From a virus (lineage: Duplodnaviria > Caudoviricetes), in IMG/VR virus record IMGVR_UViG_3300017700_000931, positions 192,001-256,000 of that record: 64,000 bases of DNA. One strand, given 5' to 3'. The translations under genes and the position numbers were made by a program. Positions 29,233-37,830 of this stretch are shown here, in pieces. Under the pieces are notes generated by a model, which saw only the letters and a list, made by a program, of their open reading frames with translations, was not told where the DNA came from and did no database searches. Each line of letters opens with the position of its first letter. The first letter of the stretch is position 1.

Positions 29233-31010
29233 ATATAATCACCATTAGGGTCTTGCATATTTCGCCTAACCTCACTAGTGAATTTTGGTTTTGGTATTGA
29301 TTCCTTATTTTTTTTATCTTTAGGAACAAAATTGTTACCTTGATAATTGATATCCTTCGCTCCATCACCAGTCATAACCCAACTAGCCAACATTGCTTTG
29401 GTTTGTTTTTCTAATTTTTCTAATTTTTTAAATGAGTGTTCCAAAACCCATAATGCCATACCTAATGCCATTAATAAGTCATCATGTTTTCCTTCCATGT
29501 GGTCCGGTCTACCATTACGATAAACAAATGTTTTCATTTCAGAAGTCATTCTTCTAGACCTAATTTTTATTTGATTCGTTCTAATCATAAATTCAAGATT
29601 AGCAATCATAGGAAGTCTAACACCATTAGCATTGAAGCCCGGAACGTTATTTCCATCACTACTGTAAGCATCTAAATCTTTTTTCCTAGCCAATACCTTA
29701 CTCCTGTCATCATAATGTAAATTAGTGTAATTTATTTCTAGTAATTTTAATACTGTCGTCACACCCATACCACCAGTAATATCTACTACAGCATAAGCAT
29801 TATAAAGTGACCCATATTCTTCAACAATTTGCGCTAATAAATCCGGTTGTATCATACCCTGATATTCCATGACTTGTTCCATCGTAGTAAAATCAATGAT
29901 AACAATTGTGGATGCATCCTCACTATCACCCCTAGAAACATCGACACCCATAATATATTGGTGCCCTTCAACAGGCTTTTCCCAAATCCAAAATTCACCA
30001 TTATTACCTGATATCCATTTAGGGTCTTTTACATTGTTTTTTTCATGGAAAGAAATCCATTCATCAGAAATAACGTTACCACCGGAACCTAAGAACGATA
30101 CGTCAAGCTCTTGAGAAATCATACGAGCATCGTTATTCATACCCCTACACATTTCGTCATACCAGAATGACCTAGGTTTCCATCCGTCAGCAATTCTTTC
30201 TTGATAAGATGCCTTAGTAAATGCGACTTCATATTCCATAGTCTCATCTTCACTACCATCAATTCTTTTATACCATCTTAAATCTTTATTGTACCTTGGG
30301 TCTTCATACCAGTATAATTCTATAATATTAAAACCATTTCGTTTAAGCTTAGCTTGTTCGTAAGTTTCATAGTATAATGCATCCATACCATTGGGTGTGG
30401 AAATCAATGTTGCTCTACCACCAGTACCTAAAGCTGTTAAGGCAGCACCAAATACAATAGCACCGTTATCAATAAATGCTGCTTCATCCATTACTAAATG
30501 TGTTGGAGCATAACCCCTTAAAGCATCTTTTGATGTCGCAACCGCCTTAACTCTAGAATTGTTAGGTAACTTAAGTTCTTTTTTTGATTCAGTAAGGAAT
30601 ATTGTTTTAGCTTCCTTTTCTGGACTACCATAATACTCGGAACCCCAAACCCATCTTGGTAATTGACTTAAAAAATCCTTAACCTTAGCTAAGAATTCTT
30701 GCGCCATATCTTGCTTATTCGCAAGAATAAGAATCGCTTCAGGGTTATCTTTATCAGCAAAGGCTACTTGAATTGATAAATAAGCCGCCGTGGTGGTTGA
30801 TACCCCAGCTTGCCTAGGTTTTGCGATGATATTAAATCTATGCTCTCGATAGGCAGCAATGATTTCTCTTTGTTTTGGGAATAGCTTAAATGGAACGAAA
30901 CCCTCTTGTGTTTTGTCGAAGGTTTCTAAGAAACTTTCAACAGCATATACTGGGTCCATCAGACACTTAGTATATTCTTTTAATATTTCTCCAGATGTTA
31001 ATACTTGCAT
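29208..31010 (-). CDS. terL: Terminase large subunit (T4 gp17-like)
   Basis: KPRQAGVSTT Walker A, MDEAAFI Walker B, ISTPNG, MGVDVSRG nuclease, HDDLLMAL. Confidence 0.95.
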   Translation of the reverse strand: MQVLTSGEILKEYTKCLMDPVYAVESFLETFDKTQEGFVPFKLFPKQREIIAAYREHRFNIIAKPRQAGVSTTTAAYLSIQVAFADKDNPEAILILANKQDMAQEFLAKVKDFLSQLPRWVWGSEYYGSPEKEAKTIFLTESKKELKLPNNSRVKAVATSKDALRGYAPTHLVMDEAAFIDNGAIVFGAALTALGTGGRATLISTPNGMDALYYETYEQAKLKRNGFNIIELYWYEDPRYNKDLRWYKRIDGSEDETMEYEVAFTKASYQERIADGWKPRSFWYDEMCRGMNNDARMISQELDVSFLGSGGNVISDEWISFHEKNNVKDPKWISGNNGEFWIWEKPVEGHQYIMGVDVSRGDSEDASTIVIIDFTTMEQVMEYQGMIQPDLLAQIVEEYGSLYNAYAVVDITGGMGVTTVLKLLEINYTNLHYDDRSKVLARKKDLDAYSSDGNNVPGFNANGVRLPMIANLEFMIRTNQIKIRSRRMTSEMKTFVYRNGRPDHMEGKHDDLLMALGMALWVLEHSFKKLEKLEKQTKAMLASWVMTGDGAKDINYQGNNFVPKDKKNKESIPKPKFTSEVRRNMQDPNGDYMWLFSGMK

Positions 31011-31050
31011 ATCTTTTTTATAATAAATATGCTAAAACACCCTAAAAACA

Positions 31051-31080
31051 GAAAAGACCAACGAATTCGTTGGTCTTTTC
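31051..31080 (-). terminator. Intrinsic terminator
   Basis: GAAAAGACCAACG-AATT-CGTTGGTCTTTTC. Confidence 0.8.
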
Positions 31081-31098
31081 ACTTATAATCATTTGGTT

Positions 31099-32319
31099 TT
31101 AAAACAAACCGGATAGGTCAATATCATCTAGGTCATTATAACCATATGAATCATCTGAACTATTCATTTCTTTAATAGAATTCTCGTAATCATCTCGTTT
31201 CATATCAGCATCAATGTTGCTTACAATTTCACGAATCTTTTCTTTACCCTCCTTAGAACCCAACATAATTTCTCTCATTGTATGATTAAATTCTTCAGTC
31301 GGTAATGCAACAAGGTCAGCATAGATATGATGTTTCTTATCAAAATCTTTCGGGTCAATACAATCAGTAAAACGTTCCCAAATTGGTGCCCCTAATCTCA
31401 TATCCCAAGGTTCGGCATTCATAAAATCTGCTTTACCCATAACATACTCAGTCAATTTTTCATCTTGAGGTAATCCATTTGCTGATAGTATTTCCATCAC
31501 ACCTTTAACCAATTCATGGATTAGAACCGGAAAGACAAATGCTTGAGCATGAATTACTGGTTTACCATCAACATACTCTACTCTAACAACACCACCAGCT
31601 TGTTTAGGCATACTATCGTCCATAGTAAGGTACCCATAATCAGCTGCGGCCATCATTTTAGCGTATTTATTCGGTAAGGTAGGGTTCATGTTGGTTAAAT
31701 CATTTTCAGCCATGTGAAACATATGGTGACCCTTTTTAGATGCACCTTGAATCATACTGTTAATGAATCTTCTTTTATAAACTTCAGCATTTGCTGATTT
31801 AACACTATCATGGTTTTCAAATTCCATGTTCTCAATTCTAATTGGAGATGGATTTTTTTGAATACTATCGATATTAATATCTTGAGTTAATTCAGCGATA
31901 ATTTCCACATCATCTTCGCCCATATCATACTCTTTTCTAATCATAGAGATAGCTAATTCTTGCAATTTTTCTCTGTGTTTAGTTTCAAGTTTCATACACT
32001 CTTGAACTATTGGAATCATATTTCTAACCGCTTCCATAGGTTCGGCGGTTTCTGAATCAAATTGTTTCTTATAATTTTTAAGAACGTCACCAAATCTTTT
32101 CGACATGATTTTTTCTTCAAAATGAGATTCATCACTCTCAGGAAAAATAGGGTGATTACCTAGACTATGATTTCTGTCTCTCAGTTGTTTAACTAAAATT
32201 GAATTCATTTTTTCAGGATGACCATCTTCATAAACAATTCTACTTTCGTTGATTGGTTTATTAGTACTGGCCAATGCCTTTTCTAATGCTCTTTTTCTTA
32301 TTTCGTCTAATCTACTCAT
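31099..32319 (-). CDS. Hypothetical head-module protein
   Basis: 406-aa ORF, HELVKG motif (HExxK; possible degenerate metalloprotease). Confidence 0.6.
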   Translation of the reverse strand: MSRLDEIRKRALEKALASTNKPINESRIVYEDGHPEKMNSILVKQLRDRNHSLGNHPIFPESDESHFEEKIMSKRFGDVLKNYKKQFDSETAEPMEAVRNMIPIVQECMKLETKHREKLQELAISMIRKEYDMGEDDVEIIAELTQDINIDSIQKNPSPIRIENMEFENHDSVKSANAEVYKRRFINSMIQGASKKGHHMFHMAENDLTNMNPTLPNKYAKMMAAADYGYLTMDDSMPKQAGGVVRVEYVDGKPVIHAQAFVFPVLIHELVKGVMEILSANGLPQDEKLTEYVMGKADFMNAEPWDMRLGAPIWERFTDCIDPKDFDKKHHIYADLVALPTEEFNHTMREIMLGSKEGKEKIREIVSNIDADMKRDDYENSIKEMNSSDDSYGYNDLDDIDLSGLF

Positions 32320-33074
32320 TATTTTTTTGTTTTTAGTATGTGTTCAACCAAATCAGATTTCTTCATCCTTGGGTTAACGTTTTCTGATACGGATTTTAAT
32401 GATTGTAATATCATTGGTAATTTTGCTCTAGGAATTCCGATTCTCTCACCGAACGCTGCAATTATTTCAGCTTGCTCAATGGGTTTATCTATCTTAGCAA
32501 ATAAAGCTTCAAACTGACCTAGATTTAATTTATCCATAAATTTTTGTACGTCGGATTTTAATTTAACTTGGTCAACAGGAATGGTTTCTAAATTTTCTTC
32601 AGTAAGTCCATTATTTTTTTTCTTCAACGCTTTAACGTATTGTTTTTTAATATTTAACAATGTTGGTATACCGTCAAATTCCATATTTCTTTTTAGAATT
32701 ACTTCAGTGTTAGGTTTCCCACCAGTATCATACACACTTCTAGAAGTTATTTTTAACACACCATTTTTATAAATAATTGGAGTGTAAACCATAGGCTCTT
32801 CCCAAGTACCTGTAGTATCAATTACACCTATCGGGTCACCGTCAGTATCGATTGCATCAGTAATCATTTGATTAATTAGATTAACCAATTTCTCTACTTT
32901 AGGTTCATTACGATTAGTACCAGCATTATCGGCCTCATCAACAATCTTCACAACAGTATCGTCTGGTAATTCATCAACACTATCTTGATATTGTTGCAAA
33001 TTCATAACAACTTTCTTTTGTTCAGCTTCAACAACCTTATGAAGTTCACCAGTGATTTTATTTTTTAAGTTCAT
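32319..33074 (-). CDS. Hypothetical protein
   Basis: Coupled ORF in late operon. Confidence 0.6.
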   Translation of the reverse strand: MNLKNKITGELHKVVEAEQKKVVMNLQQYQDSVDELPDDTVVKIVDEADNAGTNRNEPKVEKLVNLINQMITDAIDTDGDPIGVIDTTGTWEEPMVYTPIIYKNGVLKITSRSVYDTGGKPNTEVILKRNMEFDGIPTLLNIKKQYVKALKKKNNGLTEENLETIPVDQVKLKSDVQKFMDKLNLGQFEALFAKIDKPIEQAEIIAAFGERIGIPRAKLPMILQSLKSVSENVNPRMKKSDLVEHILKTKK

Positions 33075-33477
33075 TTTTTTTGACTTTATATTCTAGTACG
33101 AAATCTTTCTCGTACAAAGAGTCTTCAACAGACTTTATTGTTTGTCCAAATTTAAACCTAAGTCTAGAATTTGGGTATTCTTCATAATCAGAAATATCTT
33201 CCCAAGCTAATGCTATGATATCATCAACAGCATCCCAAACAGCAAAGGTGTCGCTATTTTGTACTGTTTCAAGCTTTAATTTTGAAGTCAATACACCAAC
33301 AGCCTTAACCAAATCTTTTCTAGGTGGGCTAGGTTGTCCCGATGCCGGATACAAGTCCCAATCTTCACCATCAATATTTTCTTTAGTATCTGAAAAAATG
33401 AATTCATAAATGTTCTCATTCTCCCAATCACTACCTAAAACATTTACATAAATCAAAAACAATCCGTCTTTATTCAT
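33058..33477 (-). CDS. Hypothetical protein
   Basis: Coupled ORF in late operon. Confidence 0.6.
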   Translation of the reverse strand: MNKDGLFLIYVNVLGSDWENENIYEFIFSDTKENIDGEDWDLYPASGQPSPPRKDLVKAVGVLTSKLKLETVQNSDTFAVWDAVDDIIALAWEDISDYEEYPNSRLRFKFGQTIKSVEDSLYEKDFVLEYKVKKNELKK

Positions 33478-34565
33478 TATTTTTTCTCTTCAATATAATC
33501 ATCAGCAACACCTGAAACATCCAAATTTGTTTCTGGATTACCATTAAATTCTACCTTCACAGTATAATTTTTCTCATCCGGTGCATCAACTGATTTATAA
33601 ATATAAAGCCATGGCTCATCGCTGTTAGTTGGCTTTTCAGTGTATTCACCTGAATTTTCAAACTTCATATCAATCTCATTGTCATCTAAACTAACTTTAA
33701 GAATTGCTATTTTGCTATCTAAAAATTTAACATCAATGATTTTACCACTAGCACCATTACCTTCAGATAATACATCAGATGCTTTAGGATTTGTTTTAGG
33801 TTGAATACTTGGCCTCCAAGGTTTTTGTCTTCTAGATGGTTTAACATCCGGTGTACTAGGTTTGATTGTTGGTTTAACAATCGGTTCTACTTCAGACATC
33901 TCATTTAACTTGCTCATAATTTTAGCTTTAGTCACAAAGTTACGCTTTTTTTCTGAATCTACCAACGATTTAGTCGGTGTTTTTCCCTCACCTAATTTAA
34001 AATTTTCTTCGGCAACATCTTCTCCACCTAAATCCGGTGCATCATTACCACCATCTCCATTGGTTGTATCAACATTAGCATCAGTATTATCTGAATTAGT
34101 ATCAACATCGACATTAACGTCTACATTATTTTTATCGTTACCAGCTGATTTAACCTTGTCAATGATATCCTTTTGGTCAGAATCATCCATTTGGCCTGTG
34201 TGAGTAGCTGAAAGAACTGAATTAACAGCAAATTTTTCTAAATCAAAATCAGGATTACCTTGTTGTCCACTATATGACCTCAATGATTGACCTAATTTAC
34301 CAGCTAATTGTTGTATGAATGTTTTTGGGTCTGATTCTTCATCAGCTTCAACACCAGCATCGAATGGTTCATCATCAAAAGGTTTATCATCAACTGGTGC
34401 ATCACCACCCATATCCTCTAAACTTCCTAAATCACCACCCATGTCTTCCAATCCATCCAATGAATTAGCATCAGGTGCTGGGGCTTGAGCCCCCAACTTT
34501 AATTTGAATTTTGTTTCATCGATATTATATCCATTTTCCTCATCAGAGAAAAGGCCAGTGGACAT
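33477..34565 (-). CDS. Acidic core-like protein; probable -1 frameshift extension of 34586..35419
   Basis: Its frame is open upstream through the slippery site at 34592-34604. Confidence 0.65.
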   Translation of the reverse strand: MSTGLFSDEENGYNIDETKFKLKLGAQAPAPDANSLDGLEDMGGDLGSLEDMGGDAPVDDKPFDDEPFDAGVEADEESDPKTFIQQLAGKLGQSLRSYSGQQGNPDFDLEKFAVNSVLSATHTGQMDDSDQKDIIDKVKSAGNDKNNVDVNVDVDTNSDNTDANVDTTNGDGGNDAPDLGGEDVAEENFKLGEGKTPTKSLVDSEKKRNFVTKAKIMSKLNEMSEVEPIVKPTIKPSTPDVKPSRRQKPWRPSIQPKTNPKASDVLSEGNGASGKIIDVKFLDSKIAILKVSLDDNEIDMKFENSGEYTEKPTNSDEPWLYIYKSVDAPDEKNYTVKVEFNGNPETNLDVSGVADDYIEEKK

Positions 34566-34569
34566 ACCA

Positions 34570-34604
34570 TCTAACTTAGTTTCAGTTAGACTTTTTTTTT
34601 TAAA
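34570..34604 (-). promoter_or_regulatory. Candidate -1 programmed ribosomal frameshift signal
   Basis: U UUA AAA heptamer within TTT-A10 run, followed about 7 nt later by stem TCTAACT/AGTTAGA. Confidence 0.65.
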
Positions 34605-35419
34605 GCTTCAGAAAGAGCTTTAATTTCTTGTGGAGTTAGGCTATTAAGCATTTTATTCAATCTATCTTCGTTTTCACCGATAGAAATTGCTTTACCTATT
34701 TTAAGTCTTTTGTTCACAAGGTAATCATCTGATTCATCAGAGTCACCATCGTTATCAACATCAGAATCTTCTTTACCAACTGCATCCAATGATTCACCAG
34801 TAATCATTTTATCAATTGCTTCTTCATCTTCAGTCAATTCAACATCGTCTTCTTTTATAATTTCAGTATCATGGCCAGCACCTCTTGCTTTACCAGTATT
34901 TTTTGAGCTAGCTTTTGGTTTTTCTTTAAAATCACCTTCTAGATTATCTCCAGATGTATCTTTGTCAACCGGAGCGGCATCACCATTCATGTCCTCTATT
35001 TCACCAACAAATCCCCAAGAACCACCAGCAATGGCATTATCTTCTTTAAGTAATCTATCGTTCTCAAATACATTAACTCTTTCACCACCAAATGATTCAT
35101 TGATGCTTAAGAATTTAAGATTTAATTGCTTAATAGCTTTTGCGTATGTTGGGTAAGCTTCAGCTTTTTTATTTTGAAGTCCACCAATATATTTAAAATC
35201 TTCAGTAACAAGATTAGATTTTTTATCAGATATCTTGATATAATATTCATGATTTTCTCTAACGATTCCGTAGACAACACCATTAGGCCCAACTTTTGTC
35301 AACTCAACAACAGAATTATTTGTAGATTCATTAACGAATGTACCCATCAATTGTCTGATACGGTCCAATTCTTGATTTCCTTTTAGACCTGTTGGTTTAA
35401 TTGTATTAATTTTCTTCAT
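34586..35419 (-). CDS. Putative prohead core/internal protein (short form, ends ALKKKV)
   Basis: Late motif at 35436; several LxE sites; shares 37 bp with scaffold gene. Confidence 0.6.
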   Translation of the reverse strand: MKKINTIKPTGLKGNQELDRIRQLMGTFVNESTNNSVVELTKVGPNGVVYGIVRENHEYYIKISDKKSNLVTEDFKYIGGLQNKKAEAYPTYAKAIKQLNLKFLSINESFGGERVNVFENDRLLKEDNAIAGGSWGFVGEIEDMNGDAAPVDKDTSGDNLEGDFKEKPKASSKNTGKARGAGHDTEIIKEDDVELTEDEEAIDKMITGESLDAVGKEDSDVDNDGDSDESDDYLVNKRLKIGKAISIGENEDRLNKMLNSLTPQEIKALSEALKKKV

Positions 35420-35455
35420 CTTAATATGATTTTATAATAAATATCTTTTTATTGT

Positions 35456-35707
35456 TTAAAGTACCTGACTACCAAGATTTGTATTTTGGTACAGAGTATT
35501 CATAGGTGAACCTATAACGTATACGTTAGCTGTCGAGCTAATTGATTTAACTCTAATATCTAGTACAGTCCCAGCTGCCATCACAACACTCGTACCATTG
35601 ATGGTAGGTGTAGCATTTGCCCCAGCATAAACTTGAGTATAAGTAAATGCGCTCAAATTTGCAGATGATGATAGGTGAATTATTGAATTATCTTTTAGAA
35701 GTCCCAT
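35456..35707 (-). CDS. Small beta-rich putative virion protein
   Basis: Late motif at 35725. Confidence 0.5.
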   Translation of the reverse strand: MGLLKDNSIIHLSSSANLSAFTYTQVYAGANATPTINGTSVVMAAGTVLDIRVKSISSTANVYVIGSPMNTLYQNTNLGSQVL

Positions 35708-35744
35708 ACTTACAATTATTTAATTATAAATATATCCATGGAAT

Positions 35745-35770
35745 AAAAAAAGTCCCCGAAGGGACTTTTT
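35745..35770 (-). terminator. Intrinsic terminator of thyA operon
   Basis: AAAAAAAGTCCC-CGAA-GGGACTTTTT (UUCG loop on minus strand). Confidence 0.85.
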
Positions 35771-35930
35771 ATTGGCATTTAACGCAACCACTTATTGAGT
35801 TGAAAGATTCTAACGTAAGAAATCTGATTTTACGTTTATGTTTTCGCAACCTCTCTAACCTCTCGTATACTTCTTGATGTCTAATTTTTACTTGCAGCAC
35901 TGGTGTTTCCACCTCATTTATTGTATTCAT
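35769..35930 (-). CDS. Small hypothetical protein (53 aa; not in ORF track)
   Basis: MNTINEVETPVLQVKIRHQEVYERLERLRKHKRKIRF..GCVKCQ between thyA and terminator. Confidence 0.45.
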   Translation of the reverse strand: MNTINEVETPVLQVKIRHQEVYERLERLRKHKRKIRFLTLESFNSISGCVKCQ

Positions 35931-35958
35931 TTTTCCTCTTTAATATTAAATAGATTAC

Positions 35959-37074
35959 TTAGTTAGAAAGTTTTGCAATTATAGCCGGATGTGGGTCATA
36001 ATTTGAAATCTTAACGTTCTCATAACAATAAGTAAAAAGATTATCTGCTTTTTCTAGATTTAATTTGGGTAATTCTCTAGGCTCCCTAGATAATAATTCA
36101 TTTACTTGGTCAATATGATTCTTGTAAATATGCACATCACCTAACGACCCAATCAATTCATCTGGTACCATATTAACTTCCTTCGCAATCATATGTAATA
36201 GAAGTGCATATGATGCAATGTTAAATGGTAACCCCAAGAATGTATCAACTGAACGTTGAATCCATTTTAATGAAATAGCCCTAGTTGGTATATTAAATGA
36301 ATCAAAATATTCATGAGATTCTTTACTTCGTTCTAGAACTTCCGGTTTAGTCAAGCGATTAAAATATTCATCTCTACGTTCCTCTAAATCCAACACCCTT
36401 GTATTTAGTTCAAAACCATAGTGACACGGCGGCAATACCATATCTTTAATTTCACCAACATTCCACGCATTAACAATAAGCCTTCTAGAATCAGGATTAT
36501 TTTTCAATTCATTAATTAAATTTGCAATTTGATTTATACCTTTGAAATGAACACCCATATTACCAGCTCTATCAGCATGGCCAGCGGAGAAATAACCACC
36601 CCAGTTTACCCACTGCTTACCATAGATAGGTCCTAAATCACCCCATTTTTTTGCAAATGATTCAGACCCATATTCATGACAATTTTTTATCATATCTATA
36701 AAGTCTGCTTCGGATAAAATAATATCCTTGTTTTCACCATTCAATTTTTTAACCATCTGAGTTGTACCAGAAGCATTCCCTTTTTCAAATTCACTTTTAT
36801 AATGTTTATAAGCATCACCATTCCAAATGTGAACTCCATTATCTACAAGATATTTTATGTTCGTATCACCATTCAAAAACCATAGAAGTTCATGAACAAT
36901 ACCCTTCATATACATTTTCTTTGTGGTTAACAATGGAAATCCGTCTGACATTTTAAATCTAACATCTCTGGAAAAAACAGAAATGGTACCAGTTCCAGTT
37001 CTATCACTTTTACTAGTACCATTTTCTAAAATGTCTTTCAATAGTTTTTGGTAAACTACATCTACTTTATCCAT
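35959..37074 (-). CDS. thyA: Thymidylate synthase
   Basis: DRTGTGT, FPLLTTKK, ELLWFLNG, LGPIYGKQW, NPDSRRL, LPPCH, QRSVDTFLGLPFNIASY, HIYKNH. Confidence 0.97.
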   Translation of the reverse strand: MDKVDVVYQKLLKDILENGTSKSDRTGTGTISVFSRDVRFKMSDGFPLLTTKKMYMKGIVHELLWFLNGDTNIKYLVDNGVHIWNGDAYKHYKSEFEKGNASGTTQMVKKLNGENKDIILSEADFIDMIKNCHEYGSESFAKKWGDLGPIYGKQWVNWGGYFSAGHADRAGNMGVHFKGINQIANLINELKNNPDSRRLIVNAWNVGEIKDMVLPPCHYGFELNTRVLDLEERRDEYFNRLTKPEVLERSKESHEYFDSFNIPTRAISLKWIQRSVDTFLGLPFNIASYALLLHMIAKEVNMVPDELIGSLGDVHIYKNHIDQVNELLSREPRELPKLNLEKADNLFTYCYENVKISNYDPHPAIIAKLSN

Positions 37075-37498
37075 TCTTTTCGTTGTTTAATTTGGAAATT
37101 AAATATTGAATTTTAGTTAACAATGCTGCATCCATAACAGATTTGCTAGCATAGGTACTAATTGTTTTATCCATAGCTTTAATCAAATCACCCTCAATCA
37201 TTTTGATTTCATTTTCTTGATGTTTTTCAACTTCCTCAATGATTTTGCTTGGGTCTATTGCTTCACCTTGAGTGAATGGATACTTCTTAATCACTTCATT
37301 CAATACTTTACCTTGTGATTCAGCAATTTCAAATCTAGTGTAATCCGTAACCGGAACACCAGTATAAGTATAGTTGGTACCCTTAGCGAAAGTTATTGTC
37401 AAGGCTCCATTGGCTTTATCGTATTTTGAAGCTAATACGTTAGAAGATTTGTAAATCGATTTTACAATTCCATCTTTTTCTACTCTTTTTAAAATCAT
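37067..37498 (-). CDS. KTSC domain protein
   Basis: SSNV..SKYD...LTITF.KG..YTYTGVP..Y..F..AESQGK..N..IK. Confidence 0.85.
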   Translation of the reverse strand: MILKRVEKDGIVKSIYKSSNVLASKYDKANGALTITFAKGTNYTYTGVPVTDYTRFEIAESQGKVLNEVIKKYPFTQGEAIDPSKIIEEVEKHQENEIKMIEGDLIKAMDKTISTYASKSVMDAALLTKIQYLISKLNNEKNG

Positions 37499-37507
37499 TA
37501 ATTAAAT

Positions 37508-37717
37508 TTATTTTGCTTTATATGTTATGTATTTTTTCATGTTGGATAATTCAAATACTTGACCCTCAGTTTTTTGTGACCCGCTGATGCTATCCAATTT
37601 ATCACTAATGACAATAATTTTGTCAGCGGTTAGAATCATTCCACAATCTTTAAAATCTGTCATGGTATCATCTCGCCAATATAATTCTATTGTTTCGTAT
37701 TTTGGGGCTCCTTGCAT
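37508..37717 (-). CDS. Small hypothetical protein
   Basis: First ORF downstream of minus-strand host-type promoter. Confidence 0.55.
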   Translation of the reverse strand: MQGAPKYETIELYWRDDTMTDFKDCGMILTADKIIVISDKLDSISGSQKTEGQVFELSNMKKYITYKAK

Positions 37718-37748
37718 TTGATTATTTTTATGCTTTTGTTATCTGATA

Positions 37749-37810
37749 CAAAGATACTGGATTTTTTTATAAAATCAACCTTGTTTTTTAAAAAATAAAC
37801 CATATATTTG
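37749..37810. promoter_or_regulatory. Divergent pair of Bacteroidota-type sigma promoters
   Basis: Minus: TTG(37778-37776)..TATCTTTG(37756-37749); plus: TTG(37781)-N19-TATATTTG(37803-37810). Confidence 0.7.
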
Positions 37811-37830
37811 CAGTAAAGTTAGTTTGATTA

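Noticed and set aside
29208-37074. Introns or inteins in terminase or thyA
   Set aside because: Both ORFs are continuous with all motifs in order; the thyA insertions are short in-frame loops without intein or homing-endonuclease signatures
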